NCBI GenBank assembly: GCA_024346625.1
Contig: AP024664.1
Span: forward strand, 2,666,001 to 2,730,000
Reading direction: 5' to 3'
DNA length: 64,000 nt
Source of the DNA: Williopsis jadinii
Lineage: Eukaryota
Shown: positions 62,368 through 64,000 of the stretch, in pieces
Layout: each line of letters begins with the position of its first letter
How positions within the stretch are numbered: the first letter of the stretch is position 1
Program-made: the position numbers and the translations under genes
The notes under the pieces: generated by a model
What the model was told of the DNA's origin: nothing
The model's database searches: none
What the model saw: the letters and a program-made list of their open reading frames with translations, nothing else

Positions 62368-64000
62368 ATGTTCGGGTTTGTTTACTGGTTCAATAGCTGA
62401 AAGAGTCCCGCATGCGAAACACCAAAGTTCGATTTCTCTCTCCCTTTGAAACACAAGTTTTGTTCACTTTTTTGACGTGTAAATTCCGTTGGGTGTCCGG
62501 GTGTTTTGACACTGCTTTGTTCTTTGTTTTTCCTCCACCCAATTTTGTCTATCAATTTGTTCCTTTTTCAGTTCCATTGGTGACGATTTGTCAATCGACA
62601 TACCAAAACAGATCGAGAATGACAAAGTCTATCGCAGCAATTTGCAAGACATCGATGTCGAAAAAGCTTAACTGTTCAGACAATTTGTGGGTTCTTCCCC
62701 CAAAGTTGTCCGGCATCTTCATAGGCACACCGGTGAAGAGTTCCGCCGATAAAACGGGTTCGCGGGAGAAAAATCGTCATTACATAATCACCAATAGGAC
62801 CATTATGTAATATAGACCAAACCGGAATTTCACGTCTGTGAGCGCATGCGGTCGAGGGCCCAAAGAACATGGCGGCTAAATTGACGTAGATGCACCAAAA
62901 GAACACACACAACAAACAGCGGTTAATAGCGACTGAATGAGCGTTTTCAGTATGATTGATAAACAGTCAAAGAGCGAGGGAGATCCATTATTGAGATGCT
63001 TTCGCCAGCGTTGTTGTATGCGATGGTAAGATATTTCTCGGATGGACAAAATTGAATGGACTCATAGATCAGTTGTAATGAACACAACGTTGTCCGTTTA
63101 TGATCTGTGCTAGTGTTTGCCGCTGAGAGAGGAGAAGTTACCGGAGCGCCTTGACGAGCCTTTTATACCCCATGTCAGATTAACCGCCGAGAGAGTAAGA
63201 CCGTAGAACAAGGTGATGCATCAGAGAGGTGGAAGAAACGTGTATATTGCTAGGTACAAAGCGCGAGAGGTTCAAGGGTCAAAGGCCCGGAGTTGCAGTG
63301 TAGTTGTTATATGAAAAATGACCAGTTCGCCAGTTTGTGTCTATAATCAAGCATCCGCTTGGTATTGACAGTGATATGTAGAAAAAGGGTAGTGAAACAT
63401 AGGGTAATATGTTGAAGCTGAATGGTGGTTGCGCGTAATGTTGATAACACTAACCATCCTGGAGTTTACGCCAATAGTGGCACCAGTGGTACAACTGCTA
63501 CAAGAATTACGCAAACAGGTCCAGTTACACCAAGTGTTCAGATCTTTACAACAGGGCAAGTCAGTTGTAATGATACAGCTGTAATGAATGTGTTGAAGAT
63601 ACCATTTGAGCAAGTTCTAGAGAGGTGAGGGTGGCTCCAAAAGGTGCATGAGAGAATATGCACTTGGAGAGGTGCTTTGAAATGACACTCATAGGGAAGT
63701 CATCAGAAATGATGACCTTTTCCAAGTAGCCAAGGTTGGGCTTTGCAGTGAAATATGCGCTGTCGTTCTAACAGTGAATCTCGTATCCTGGTATCACTTT
63801 ATCTCACTCCATCATCACCTCACATGAAACATTGCTCAGCGATGTTGGTTTACCTCTCTGGTCAAATCTTTGTACTTGTTGAAAAGTGACGGATAAGAAG
63901 CTATTCTCCTAGAAACCCTGGATTCAACCCAATAGCATGGTGTGGACACTGCCACACATACAGTTGAGGAACAGAGTCTATCATCTATGCCATATAAATT

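Noticed and set aside
1..64000. Transposons, LTRs, CRISPR arrays, rRNA, point centromere
   Set aside because: No gag/pol or transposase motifs, recognisable LTR pairs, spacer arrays, rRNA sequence or CDEI-II-III layout seen by eye

Overview
Gene-dense budding-yeast (Saccharomycotina) chromosome segment. It uses the standard code (CTG falls at conserved Leu positions, e.g. Skp1 ANYLNI), carries a complex I accessory-subunit gene and has pre-WGD gene order, which suggests a Phaffomycetaceae/Cyberlindnera-like species (inference). About 32 protein genes: TAP42, YMR027W-like, MPE1, TOA2, YIP3, KSP1, GPI8, IRC3, GEA1/2, UBX5, Sds3/Dep1-like, LRP1, PEX3, SKP1, ERD1, RRP17, WIP1/CENP-W, BCS1, UBP2, YSP2/LAM, SAE3, RAD30, NUO17.8-like, RPN13, NUM1, YCII, IAH1, PFY1, LEO1, CTS2, VPS74, plus one truncated unknown. 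Several are split by introns that the ORF track misses. Also present: a tRNA-Gly(CCC), a decayed SurE-family acid phosphatase pseudogene and the complete seven-member snR78-snR72 box C/D snoRNA cluster (740-2206). Highlights: (1) the snoRNA host transcript appears to mix intronic snoRNAs with exonic ones, two of which are flanked by Rnt1-type AGNN hairpins, and it contains a CAG|GTATGT zero-nucleotide exon; (2) an RPN13 intron whose retention gives a PRU-only protein and whose splicing adds a DEUBAD-like domain; (3) two unexplained structured intergenic regions. All gene identities come from recalled family motifs, not database searches.
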